Assembly: GCA_964016885.1 (NCBI GenBank)
Contig: OZ024742.1
Coordinates: 376,712,001-376,776,000, forward strand
Origin: Eledone cirrhosa
Taxonomy: Eukaryota
Length of the DNA stretch: 64,000 nucleotides
Direction: 5' to 3'
Shown here: positions 45,201 to 57,045 of the stretch, one piece after another
Numbering within the stretch: position 1 is the first letter of the stretch
Layout: the number at the start of each line of letters is the position of its first letter
Translations under genes and position numbers: made by a program
Notes under the pieces: model-generated
Told to the model about the DNA's origin: nothing
What the model saw: only the letters and a program-made list of their open reading frames with translations
Database searches by the model: none

Positions 45201-48200
45201 CTGTAATTGTGGTCTTGTAGGTGTCATGACAAAACCACCCAGCCCACACTGTAAATGTGGTTGTGTAGGTGACATGTCAAAAAGCACCCAGCACACACTG
45301 TAAATGTGGTTATGCTGGTGACATGTCAAAAAGCAGCCAGCACACACTGTAAATGTGGTTGTGTTGGTGACTTGCAAAAAGCACCCAACACACTGTAAAT
45401 GTGGTTGTGTTGGTGTCGTGACAAAAAGCACCCAGCACACACTGTAAATGTGGTTGTGTAGGTGCCATGACAAAAAGCACCTAACCCACATTGTAAATGT
45501 GGTTGTGTTGGTGACATGACAAAAAGCACCTTGCACACAATGTAAATGTGGTCGTGTAGGTGTCATGACAAAAAGCACCCAGCACACACTGTAGATGTGG
45601 TTGTGTTGGTGTCATGTCAAAAAGCACCCAGCACACACTGTAAATGTGGTTGTGTAGGTGTCATGACAAAAAGCACCCAGCACACAGTGTAAATGTGGTT
45701 GTGTTGGTGACCTGACAAAAAGCACCTAACCCACATTGTAAATGTGGTTGTGTTGGTGACATGACAAAAAGCACCCAGCACACAGTGTAAATGTGGTTGT
45801 GTTGGTGTCATGCAAAAAGCACCCAGCACACACTGTAAATGTGGTTGTGTTGGTTACATGACAAAAAGCACCTAACCCACATTGTAAATGTGGTTGTGTT
45901 GGTGACATGACAAAAAGCACCCAGCACACAGTGTAAATGTGGTTGTGTTGGTGTCATGACAAAAAGCACCCAGCACGCACTGTAAATGTGGTTGTGTTGG
46001 TGACATGACAAAAAGCACCTAACCCACACTGTAAATGTGGTTGTGTTGGTGACATGACAAAAAGCACCCAGCACACAGTGTAAATGTGGTTGTGTTGGTG
46101 TCATGCAAAAAGCACCCAGCACACACTGTAAATGTGGTTGTGTTGGTTACATGACAAAAAGCACCTAACCCACATTGTAAATGTGGTTGTGTAGGTGTCA
46201 TGACAAAAAGCACCTAACCCACACTGTAAATGTGGTTGTGTTGGTGACATGACAAAAAGCACCCAGCACACACTGTAAATGTGGTTGTGTAGGTGTCATG
46301 ACAAAAAGCACCTAACCCACACTGTAAATGTGGTTGTGTTGGTGACATGACAAAAAGCACCCAGCACACACTGTAAATGTGGTTGTGTAGGTGTCATGAC
46401 AAAAAGCACCCAGCACACACTGTAAATGTGGTTGTGTTGGTGACATGACAAAAAGCACCCAGCACACACTGTAAATGTGGTTGTGTAGGTGTCATGACAA
46501 AAAGCACCTAACCCACACTGTAAATGTGGTTGTGTTGGTGACATGACAAAAAGCACCCAGCACACACTGTAAATGTGGTTGTGTAGGTGTCATGACAAAA
46601 AGCACCTAACCCACACTGTAAATGTGGTTGTGTTGGTGACATGACAAAAAGCACCCAGCACACACTGTAAATGTGGTTGTGTTGGTGACATGACAAAAAG
46701 CACCCAGCACACACTGTAAATGTGGTTGTGTTGGTGACATGACAAAAAGCACCTAACCCACATTGTAAATGTGGTTGTGTAGGTGTCATGACAAAAAGCA
46801 CCTAACCCACACTGTAAATGTGGTTGTGTTGGTGACATGACAAAAAGCACCCAGCACACACTGTAAATGTGGTTGTGTAGGTGTCATGACAAAAAGCACC
46901 TAACCCACACTGTAAATGTGGTTGTGTTGGTGACATGACAAAAAGCACCCAGCACACACTGTAAATGTGGTTGTGTAGGTGTCATGACAAAAAGCACCCA
47001 GCACACACTGTAAATGTGGTTGTGTTGGTGACATGACAAAAAGCACCCAGCACACACTGTAAATGTGGTTGTGTAGGTGTCATGACAAAAAGCACCTAAC
47101 CCACACTGTAAATGTGGTTGTGTTGGTGACATGACAAAAAGCACCCAGCACACACTGTAAATGTGGTTGTGTAGGTGTCATGACAAAAAGCACCTAACCC
47201 ACACTGTAAATGTGGTTGTGTTGGTGACATGACAAAAAGCACCCAGCACACACTGTAAATGTGGTTGTGTTGGTGACATGACAAAAAGCACCCAGCACAC
47301 ACTGTAAATGTGGTTGTGTTGGTGACATGACAAAAAGCACCCAGCACACACTGTAAATGTGGTTGTGTTGGTGTCATGACAAAAAGCACCCAGCACATAC
47401 TGTAAATGTGGTTGTGTAGGTGCCATGACAAAAAGCACCCAGCACACACTGTAAATGTGGTTGTGTTGGTGACATGACAAAAAGCACCCAGCACACACTG
47501 TAAATGTGGTTGTGTAGGTGCCATGACAAAAAGCACCTAACCCACATTGTAAATGTGGTTGTGTTGGTGACATGCAAAAAGCACCCAGCACACACTGTAA
47601 ATGTGGTTGTGTTGGTGTCATGACAAAAAGCACCCAGCACATACTGTAAATGTGGTTGTGTAGGTGCCATGACAAAAAGCACCCAGCACACACTGTAAAT
47701 GTGGTTGTGTTGGTGACATGACAAAAAGCACCCAGCACACACTGTAAATGTGGTTGTGTTGGTGACATGACAAAAAGCACCTAGCACACACTGTAAATGT
47801 GGTTGTGCAGGTGTCATGACAAAAAGCACGCAGCACACACTGTAAATGTGGTTGTGTAGGTGGCATGACAAAAAGCACCTAACCCACATTGTAAATGTGG
47901 TTGTGTTGGTGTCAAGACAAAAAGCACCCAGCACACACTGTAAATGTGGTTGTGTTGGTGACATGACAAAAAGCACCTAACCCACATTATAAATGTGGTT
48001 GTGTTGGTGACATGACAAAAAGCACCTAGCACACACTGTAAATGTGGTTGTGTAGGTGTCATGACAAAAAGCACCCAGCACACACTGTAAATGTGGTTGT
48101 GTAGGTGTCATGACAAAAATCACCCAGCACACACTGTAAAGTGGTTGTGTAGGTGTCATGACAAAAAGCACCTAGCACACAATGTAAATATGGTCTTGTA

Positions 48201-51200
48201 GGTGTCATGACAAAAAGCACCCAGCCCACAATGTAAAGTGGTCTTGTAGGTGCCATGAAAAAAAAGCACCCAGCACACACTGTAAATGTGGTTGTGTAGG
48301 TGCCATGACAAAAATCACCCAGCACACACTGTAAAGTGGTTGTGTAGGTGTCATGACAAAAAGCACCCAGCACACACTGTAAATGTGGTTGTGTAGGTGT
48401 CATGACAAAAAGCACCCAGCACACACTGTAAATGTGGTTGTGTAGGTGCCATTACAAAAAGCACCTAGCCCACACTGTAAATGTGGTTGTGTTGGTGACA
48501 TGTCAAAAAGCAGCCAGCACACACTGTAAATGTGGTTGTGTTGGAGACATGTCAAAAAGCAGCCAGCACACACTGTAAATGTGGTTGTGTTGGTGACTTC
48601 AAAAAGCACCCAACACACTGTAAATGTGGTTGTGTTGGTGTCGTGACAAAAAGCACCCAGCACACACTGTAAATGTGGTTGTGTAGGTGTCATGACAAAA
48701 AGCACACAGCACACACTGTAGATGTGGTTGTGTTGGTGACATGGCAAAAAGCACCCAGCACACACTGTAAATGTGGTTGTGTTGGTGACATGACAAAAAA
48801 CACCTAGCACACACTGTAAATGTGGTTGTGCAGGTGTCATGACAAAAAGCACCCAGCACACACTGTAAATGTGGTTGTGTAAGTGTCATTTCAAAAAGCA
48901 CCTAGCACACACTGTAAATGTGGTTGTGTAGGTGTCATTTCAAAAAGCACCCAGCACACACTGTAAATGTGGTTGTGTTGGTGACATGACAAAAAACACC
49001 TACCACACACTGTAAATGTGGTTGTGCAGGTGTCATGCCAAAAAGCACCCAGCACACACTGTAAATGTGGTTGTGTAGGTGTCATTTCAAAAAGCACCTA
49101 ACACACACTGTAAATATGGTTGTGTTGGTGCCATGACAAAAAGCACCTAGCACACAGTGTAAATGTGGTTGTGTAGGTGTCATTTCAAAAAGCACCTAGC
49201 ACACACTGTAAATGTGGTTGTGTTGGTGACATGACAAAAAACACCTAGCACACACTGTAAATGTGGTTGTGCAGGTGTCATGACAAAAAGCACCCAGCAC
49301 ACACTGTAAATGTGGTTGTGTTGGTGTCATGACAAAAAGCACCTAGCACACACTGTAAATGTGGTTGTGTTGGTGTCATGACAAAAAGCACCCAGCACAC
49401 ACTGTAAATGTGGTTGTGTAGGTGTCATGACAAAAAGCACCCAGCACACACTGTAAATGTGGTTGTGTAGGTGTCATGACAAAAAGCACCCAGCACACAC
49501 TGTAAATGTGGTTGTGTAGGTGCCATGACAAAAAGCACCTAGCACATACTGTAAATGTGGTTGTGTTGGTGTCATGACAAAAACCACCCAGCACACACTG
49601 TAAATGTGGTTGTGTAGGTGTCATGACAAAAAGCACCCAGCACACACTGTAAATGTGGTTGTGTAGGTGACATGACAAAAAGCACCCAGCACACACTGTA
49701 AATGTGGTTGTGTAGGTGTCATGACAAAAAGCACCCAGCACACACTGTAAATGTGGTTGTGTAGGTGACATGACAAAAAGCACCCAGCACTCACTGTAAA
49801 TGTGGTTGTGTTGGTGTCATGACAAAAAGCACCCAGCACACACTGTAAATGTGGTTGTGTAGGTGTCATGACAAAAAGCACCCAGCACACACTGTAAATG
49901 TGGTTGTGTTGGTGTCATGACAAAAAGCACCCAGCACACACTGTAAATGTGGTTGTGTTGGTGACATGACAAAAAGCACCCAGCACACACTGTAAATGTG
50001 GTTGTGTAGGTGTCATGACAAAAAGCACCCAGCACACACTGTAAATGTGGTTGTGTTGGTGTCATGACAAAAAGCACCCAGCACACACTGTAAATGTGGT
50101 TGTGTTGGTGACATGACAAAAAGCACCTAACCCACATTGTAAATGTGGTTGTGTTGGTGTCATGACAAAAAGCACCCAGCACACACTGTAAATGTGGTTG
50201 TGTTGGTGACATGACAAAAAGCACCTAGCACACATTGTAAATGTGGTTGTGTTGGTGACATGCAAAAAGCACCCAGCACACACTGTAAATGTGGTTGTGT
50301 AGGTGCCATGACAAAAAGCACCCAGCACACACTGTAAATGTGGTTGTGTAGGTGTCATGCAAAAAGCACCCAGCACACACTCTAAATGTGGTTGTGTAGG
50401 TGCCATGACAAAAAGCACCCAGCACACACTGTAAATGTGGTTGTGTTGGTGTCATGACAAAAAGCACCTAGCACACACTGTAAATGTGGTTGTGTTGGTG
50501 ACATGACAAAAAGCACCTAGCACACAATGTAAATATGGTCTTGTAGGTGTCATGACAAAAAGCACCCAGCCCACAATGTAAAGTGGTCTTGTAGGTGCCA
50601 TGAAAAAAAAGCACCCAGCACACACTGTAAATGTGGTTGTGTAGGTGTCATGACAAAAAGCACCCAGCACACACTGTAAATGTGGTTGTGTAGGTGTCAT
50701 GACAAAAAGCACCCAGCACACACTGTAAATGTGGTTGTGTAGGTGCCATGACAAAAAGCACCTAGCAGATACTGTAAATGTGGTTGTGTTGGTGTCATGA
50801 CAAAAACCACCCAGCACACACTGTAAATGTGGTTGTGTAGGTGTCATGACAAAAAGCACCCAGCACACACTGTAAATGTGGTTGTGTAGGTGACATGACA
50901 AAAAGCACCCAGCACACACTGTAAATGTGGTTGTGTAGGTGTCATGACAAAAAGCACCCAGCACACACTGTAAATGTGGTTGTGTAGGTGACATGACAAA
51001 AAGCACCCAGCACTCACTGTAAATGTGGTTGTGTTGGTGTCATGACAAAAAGCACCCAGCACACACTGTAAATGTGGTTGTGTAGGTGTCATGACAAAAA
51101 GCACCCAGCACACACTGTAAATGTGGTTGTGTTGGTGTCATGACAAAAAGCACCCAGCACACACTGTAAATGTGGTTGTGTTGGTGACATGACAAAAAGC

Positions 51201-53130
51201 ACCCAGCACACACTGTAAATGTAGTTGTGTAGGTGTCATGACAAAAAGCACCCAGCACACACTGTAAATGTGGTTGTGTTGGTGTCATGACAAAAAGCAC
51301 CCAGCACACACTGTAAATGTGGTTGTGTAGGTGACATGACAAAAAGCACCCAGCACACACTGTAAATGTGGTTGTGTAGGTGCCATGACAAAAAGCACCT
51401 AGCACACACTTTAAATGTGGTTGTGTTGGTGACATGACAAAAAGCACCTAACCCACATTGTAAATGTGGTTGTGTTGGTGTCATGACAAAAAGCACCCAG
51501 CACACACTGTAAATGTGGTTGTGTTGGTGACATGACAAAAAGCACCTAGCACACATTGTAAATGTGGTTGTGTTGGTGACATGCAAAAAGCACCCAGCAC
51601 ACACTGTAAATGTGGTTGTGTAGGTGCCATGACAAAAAGCACCCAGCACACACTGTAAATGTGGTTGTGTAGGTGTCATGCAAAAAGCACCCAGCACACA
51701 CTCTAAATGTGGTTGTGTAGGTGCCATGACAAAAAGCACCCAGCACACACTGTAAATGTGGTTGTGTTGGTGTCATGACAAAAAGCACCTAGCACACACT
51801 GTAAATGTGGTTGTGTTGGTGACATGACAAAAAGCACCTAGCACACAATGTAAATATGGTCTTGTAGGTGTCATGACAAAAAGCACCCAGCCCACAATGT
51901 AAAGTGGTCTTGTAGGTGCCATGAAAAAAAAGCACCCAGCACACACTGTAAATGTGGTTGTGTAGGTGCCATGACAAAAAGCACCCAGCACACACTGTAA
52001 AGTGGTCTAGTAGGTGTCATGACAAAAAGCACCCAGCACACACTGTAAATGTGGTTGTGTAGGTGCCATGACAAAAAGCACCTAGCCCACACTGTAAATG
52101 TGGTTGTGTTGGTGAAATGACAAAAAGCACCCAGCACACACTGTAAATGTGCTTGTGTAGGTGTCATGACAAAAAGCACCCAGCACACACTGTAAATGTG
52201 GTTGTGTAGGTGTCATGACAAAAAGCACCTAGCACACACTGTAAATGTGGTTGTGTAGGTGTCATGACAAAAAGCACCCAGCACACACTGTAAATGTGGT
52301 TGTGTTGGTGACATGACAAAAAGCACCTAACCCACATTGTAAATGTGGTTGTGTTGGTGTCATGACAAAAAGCACCTAGCACACACTGTAAATGTGGTTG
52401 TGTTGGTGACATGACAAAAAGCACCCAGCACACACTGTAAATGTGGTTGTGTTGGTGTCATGACAAAAAGCACCTAGCACACACTGTAAATGTGGTTGTG
52501 TAGGTGACATGACAAAAAGCACCCAGCACACACTGTAAATGTGGTTGTGTTGGTGTCATGACAAAAAGCACCCAGCACACACTGTAAATGTGGTTGTGTT
52601 GGTGACATTACAAAAAGCACCCAGCACACACTGTAAATGTAGTTGTGTTGGTGTCATGACAAAAAGCACCCAGCACACACTGTAAATGTGGTTGTGTAGG
52701 TGTCATGACAAAAAGCACCCAGCACACACTGTAAATGTGGTTGTGTTGGTGACATGACAAAAAGCACCTAGCACACAATGTAAATATGGTCTTGTAGGTG
52801 TCATGACAAAAAGCACCCAGCCCACAATGTAAAGTGGTCTTGTAGGTGTCATGACAAAAAGCACCCAGCACACACTGTAAAGTGGTCTAGTAGGTGTCAT
52901 GACAAAAAGCACCCAGCACACACTGTAAATGTGGTTGTGTAGGTGCCATGACGAAAAGCACCTAGCCCACACTGTAAATGTGGTTGTGTTGGTGAAATGA
53001 CAAAAAGCACCCAGCACACACTGTAAATGTGCTTGTGTAGGTGTCATGACAAAAAGCACCCAGCACACACTGTAAATGTGCTTGTGTTGGTGTCATGACA
53101 AAAGACACCCAGCCCACACTGTAAAGTGGT
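210..53130 (+). repeat. ~53-kb tandem satellite, 49-bp monomer (48-50 bp variants), about 1,080 copies, derived from an RTE LINE 3' UTR
   Basis: Continuous head-to-tail copies of GGTG(T/C/A)CATGACAAAAAGCACCCAGCACACACTGTAAATGTGGTTGTG(TA/TT). Starts abruptly at gtaaagtggttgtgtagg (210) and ends ...cccagcccacactgtaaagtggttt (~53130). No unique spacers or inversions seen. Copy number is length/49. Confidence 0.98.
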
Positions 53131-53280
53131 TTGCGTTAGGAAGGGCATCCAGCTGTAGAGACCAAGCCAGAAACAGTTCTATATAAGTAAGACATGATCA
53201 CCTGACCCAACTTGCCTCAAATGGGACAACCCGTCTAACCCATGCTAGCGTGGAAAATGGACATTAAATGATGATGATGA
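53131..53280 (+). mobile_element. 3' terminus of an RTE-clade LINE (or RTE-tailed SINE) directly terminating the satellite
   Basis: ttaggaagggcatccagctgtagagaccaagcc...ggacaacccgtctaacccatgctagcgtggaaaatggacattaaa(tga)n aligns along its length with the RTE 3' end at 62695-62846; ends in a (TGA)n tail. Confidence 0.9.
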
Positions 53281-53456
53281 AATCTGTTTCTTAGCTGTTT
53301 TCTGCAAAATCATTACAGGATGTTAAGAGTTAATATACAAATATCTGTCTAGTAGTAAATGTACTATAAACATTTAGATTAACACTCTGTTTGTTAGATA
53401 TTTTCTGCTGGATCATTACAGGATATAAAAAGTTAATACTGACTATATATTTTCAG

Positions 53457-53632
53457 ATCCCAATATTGATATTATTTACATCTCCCCTATACCTCTAACT
53501 GATGAGGCTGAACAATACTATAACAAGCTACTTGCTTTACGACCGGCCATTGTCACTGGTGATATTAACCAAATCTCTGAGATGACCAAACGAGTGACAT
53601 ATATAGTTCCTGAATTTCTACCAATATTTTCT
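53457..53632 (+). CDS. IQCH: Internal coding exon of IQ motif-containing protein H-like gene (first exon in window)
   Basis: tttcag acceptor, gtgagt donor, 176 bp, phase 1 to 0. Translates (D)PNIDIIYISPIPLTDEAEQYYNKLLALRPAIVTGDINQISEMTKRVTYIVPEFLPIFS, which I recognise as similar to IQCH. In frame with the next two exons. Not in the ORF track. Confidence 0.8.
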
Positions 53633-53756
53633 GTGAGTTTTCCATTTTAATTATTAAGTTAGTTTTCTAGCTTTTAATCATTTCTAATGAAATGCACTTT
53701 ATTTCAATTAATTAATGAAGACTTTCGAGGGATTTACTAAAAATTATTAATTATTA

Positions 53757-55815
53757 GTGCTGGACTCGAATTGGTCCCAAGTAGTCACCTCCCCAACAAG
53801 AGGTGACAACACTTTGGAGCTACTCTTCACCACTACTCCTGAAACGGTCATTTGTGTTACTGCTGAGGAACCTTTAGGTGACTCTGATCATGCTATGATT
53901 ATTGCCAATCGATCTCTCATGAGCAGTAACAAGAACCACAACCATCTCCAAACTGCTCACTTTGATTGGAATAAAGCAGACTGGAACTGTTACTGCACTG
54001 AGCTGCAACGTCCAAAGCTCAATATGGACAGCATGTGCAGCATCGGTGCCACGTAAGCGGAAAAAACATCCCAAAAGTGCAATTTGGGAGACTGCAGCAG
54101 TCCGTCTTCCCAGAAAAGAATGTCGCAATGCTGAACGTGAGTACAAACTGCACAAATCAGACATCAATAGGAAGAGGCGAAATAAATCGTCCAACCACCT
54201 CAAACAGGTGACAAAAAAGGCAGTGCTTCAATTTGAGCAGCGTATAGCAACCAGCCCTGACAGTAAGGTGTTCTGGAAGTATGTTCACTCAAAGCAGAGG
54301 CCTCACTCTCCAGTTGGTCCTCTTCACAATCCCCACAAGCCAGGTTACTAACGACCCCAAGGAATGCGCAGAACTCATTGCTGAATGCTATGCAGGCATT
54401 TTCATTATTGAAGACCAGAATGTACCGTCTCCACCACCTATGACACCGGACTCTATTACAACCATGGAATTTACACCTGCAATGCTGCGACGTCACCTAA
54501 AAAATAAATGCAACCATGCCTCCCCCTGATCTTCATGGTGTTACATACCTGCTTCTTAAACGTGGTGGGTACTTCCTTCTGCACCAGCTATCACGCTTCT
54601 TCCAATTCTGTCTGAACAACGGTGCTACTCCAGAACAGTGGAAAACTGCCAGTGTCATTCCTCTGTTCAAAAAGGGTAACCGCACATCACCTGTGAACTA
54701 CCGTCCAGTCAGTCTTACTAGTTGCATTGCCAAACTGATGGAATCCTGTGTCAGAGAAACACTTTGGAACTTCTGGAACTCTCACAGTCTTATCCGGCCC
54801 TTGCAATTTGGATTTAGCCCCAAATCCAGCTGCTGTGATCAACTTATCGAGTTTCTTGAAGACATCACCCGGATCACTGATGGCGGCTCATGGGTGGATG
54901 TTGTTTACCTTGACTTTGCGAAAGCTTTCAATTCTGTGCCACACAAAAGGCTTATGGCAGAACTCTCTGCAATGGGTGTGAAGTATGATCTTTTTAACTG
55001 GTTGAAGTACTTCATTCTCAGTCGAAGAGAGGTAGTCACGGTTGTGGGACAGCATTCCTCACCATATGAGATGTCATCTGGTGTACCACAGGGATCTGTT
55101 CTTGGCCCCCTTTTGTTTGTGGCATATATTAATGACATAGATGCCAACTTAAAGAATGCCACAGTACTAAAGTATGCAGATTATATCAAGCTGTACCTTG
55201 AGATAAAACGGACAGATCCTGAACACTATAGATCTTGCTTGCAGTCTGACCTGGACACAATGCAACAATGGATCTCAGACTGGCAACTCAAGCTAGCTGT
55301 GGACAAGTGCACCACCATGCATTTTGGGAGTAAAAACCCAGCATCCACATACTCCCTCCACAACACTAATATCAAGAAGTCTTCTTGTGAACGTGACCTG
55401 GGTATTACAGTCAGCAGCAATTTGCGTTGGACGAAGCACATCTCTAAAATTGTCAAGAGGGCTGAGGGTTGTCTTAGCATCACTCAGCAAGACCTTTGTT
55501 AGCCACTCTCCAGCTATCTATTTAAGGCTCTACATGGCTATGGTGCGGCCACACTTAGAATTTGCATCACCAGTCTGGAACCCCTATCTTGCTCAGAACA
55601 TTGACCACCTGGAAACTGTTCAGAGACATGCAACCAAGCGAATACCCTCCATCAGACACCTACCATACTCTGAATGCCTTGCAACTGACTTGGTAAACAC
55701 CCACAAAATTATTAACCATCTTGCCAACAACAACCCTGAGTACCTTTTTGATTTCCATGTGTCTAACACACATGGACATGCCCACAAAGTCAGAAAACAG
55801 CACAGTTCCCATTAC
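53757..55815 (+). mobile_element. Decayed, truncated CR1/L2-group non-LTR retrotransposon (end of APE endonuclease + RT)
   Basis: PTRGDNTLELLFT...PLGDSDH (APE C-terminal motifs); PLFKKGNR..NYRPVSLTS, VYLDFAKAFNSVPH, GVPQGSVLGPLLF, KYADY (YADD mutated), ERDLG, LYMAMVRPHLEFASPVWNP. Spread over several frames by frameshifts and stops. Confidence 0.9.
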
Positions 55816-55964
55816 TTGGTGTTAATGATGATATATGATGATAATGATGATTTGTGTTGTGATTGCTACATTTCTCTTTCCTGCCTTGTTAGTCACACTA
55901 AGCCGACCAGCTGAACGAAGATAATTTTTGATGGACTTTTTCTATCATCTTCCCAGTAAATCTA

Positions 55965-56178
55965 AGGAGCAATTCTTTCCCTAAACCGAGCTTATCCTAG
56001 TTTCATGGCATGAAGTGACTGAGAGTACAAGACTCCTTCTTGACAGGCCACCAGTTCATCACAGGGTTAAACCCCCAGCTATTACTGGTACTCATTTTCA
56101 GCTGAGTACACTGGAGCAACGTGAAATGAAGTGTTTTGCTCAAGAACACAACACACAACCCAACCCTGGAATTGAACC
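55965..56178 (-). mobile_element. tRNA-derived SINE family B, body (split by the insertion at 56179-56832)
   Basis: Reverse complement (gttcaattccaggg...tgtgttgtgttcttgagcaaaacacttcatttcacgttgc...cagctgaaaatgagtaccagt) matches the + copy at 58243-58500. Left boundary approximate. Confidence 0.75.
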
Positions 56179-56832
56179 AGTAATAGAAATTTACAACTTT
56201 GTGTGGGTCACTAATTATAGAGATTAGTTGTTGGTAGTGGACTGTGTTGATTTGAACCAAGACAGCAGTGAAATATAAAGGTGTATAATAAATCAGGTAT
56301 TTTGATTGAAAACAAACAGGAATTTATTAAGTCAAGTGACAAGCATGACTAATGTAGAATATGTGACAAAGGTGTATGTGAGTAGGACAGTAGGAAATTA
56401 TGTGAAGTCTATGAGTGTTGCGAATATTAGCTTTCAGTTACTCACATTGAACATGTAAAGTCCTTGCTTCGTACATACAAATAATTGTTTCTACTTTTTG
56501 GCACAAGGCCAGCAATTATCCCAGTGTATTACTGGTACTTTATTTTATCGACCCCGTAAGGATGAAAGGCAAAGTTAACCTCGGCGGGATTTGAACTCAG
56601 TCCGTAAAGGGACGTAACTGTGCTACAAAGCATGGCGTCCGACCCTCTACCGATACTGCCAATCTACCGACCCTTCGTACATACAAATAATGTCCTGAGT
56701 TGCTGTTCGAAGGAGTCACAAAGACTGTGTCTGGATAGCATGGAAATTCAGTGGCGACTAATGAAGTTTTGGCGCCTCTTTATCCTTGGGCGGAAGTGAC
56801 GTCACTAAGGCTTTACGCATTGATCCACTACA
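56179..56832 (-). mobile_element. Probable solo LTR (~450 bp excluding the nested SINE) inserted in the SINE B-box
   Basis: Flanked by 4-bp duplication AACC (56175-56178 / 56833-56836). Ends AGTAATAGA...TCCACTACA form an imperfect inverted repeat like TG..CA LTR ends (left T apparently mutated). Minus strand has AATAAA near 56323. Confidence 0.55.
56486..56672 (-). mobile_element. tRNA-derived SINE family A, full length, with 19-bp target site duplication
   Basis: Minus strand GGTCGGTAGATTGGCAGTATCGG (A box)...GAGTTCAAATCCC (B box)...aactttgcctttcatccttacggggtcgataaaataaagtaccag...agaaacaatt. TSD cttcgtacatacaaataat at 56467-56485 and 56673-56691. Confidence 0.92.
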
Positions 56833-56890
56833 AACCCATGACATTATGATTGTAAGTCCAACACCCTTACCATTAGGCCATGCACCGCCA
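56833..56890 (-). mobile_element. SINE family B, tRNA-like head (continuation of 55965-56178)
   Basis: Reverse complement tggcggtgcatggcctaatggtaagggtgttggacttacaatcataatgtcatgggtt matches the head of the 58243 copy; A box TGGCCTAATGG. Confidence 0.75.
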
Positions 56891-57045
56891 CTATTGTATG
56901 CATTGGAATATTAATATTCATTAATCTTGGACCAGATGAACAATAGGAGATCTTTTTCTGGTATAAAACCTGGTGCCACCAGCTAACATTCTCTCATTCT
57001 ACCAGATATTTTGATAGTAGCAGAGTGACCAATCTCTCCACTAAC

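Noticed and set aside
167-53068. Hundreds of overlapping Cys/His/Thr-rich ORFs (up to 450 aa), mostly minus strand
   Set aside because: They are translations of the 49-bp monomer cycling through three frames; stops depend only on monomer variant, frames shift freely with indels, and there is no splice or codon evidence.
210-53130. CRISPR-like array (short partly palindromic repeats at regular spacing)
   Set aside because: No unique spacers; the whole unit is repeated; no cas genes; context is spliceosomal exons and eukaryotic TEs.
210-53130. Telomeric or established centromeric satellite
   Set aside because: No TTAGGG-type repeats; flanked by a LINE tail and gene exons; centromere function cannot be inferred from sequence alone.
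190-53300. Target site duplication around the satellite-bearing RTE insertion
   Set aside because: Left flank (cacagtagtttctcttcta) and right flank (aatctgtttcttagc) share only gtttct, too short to call.
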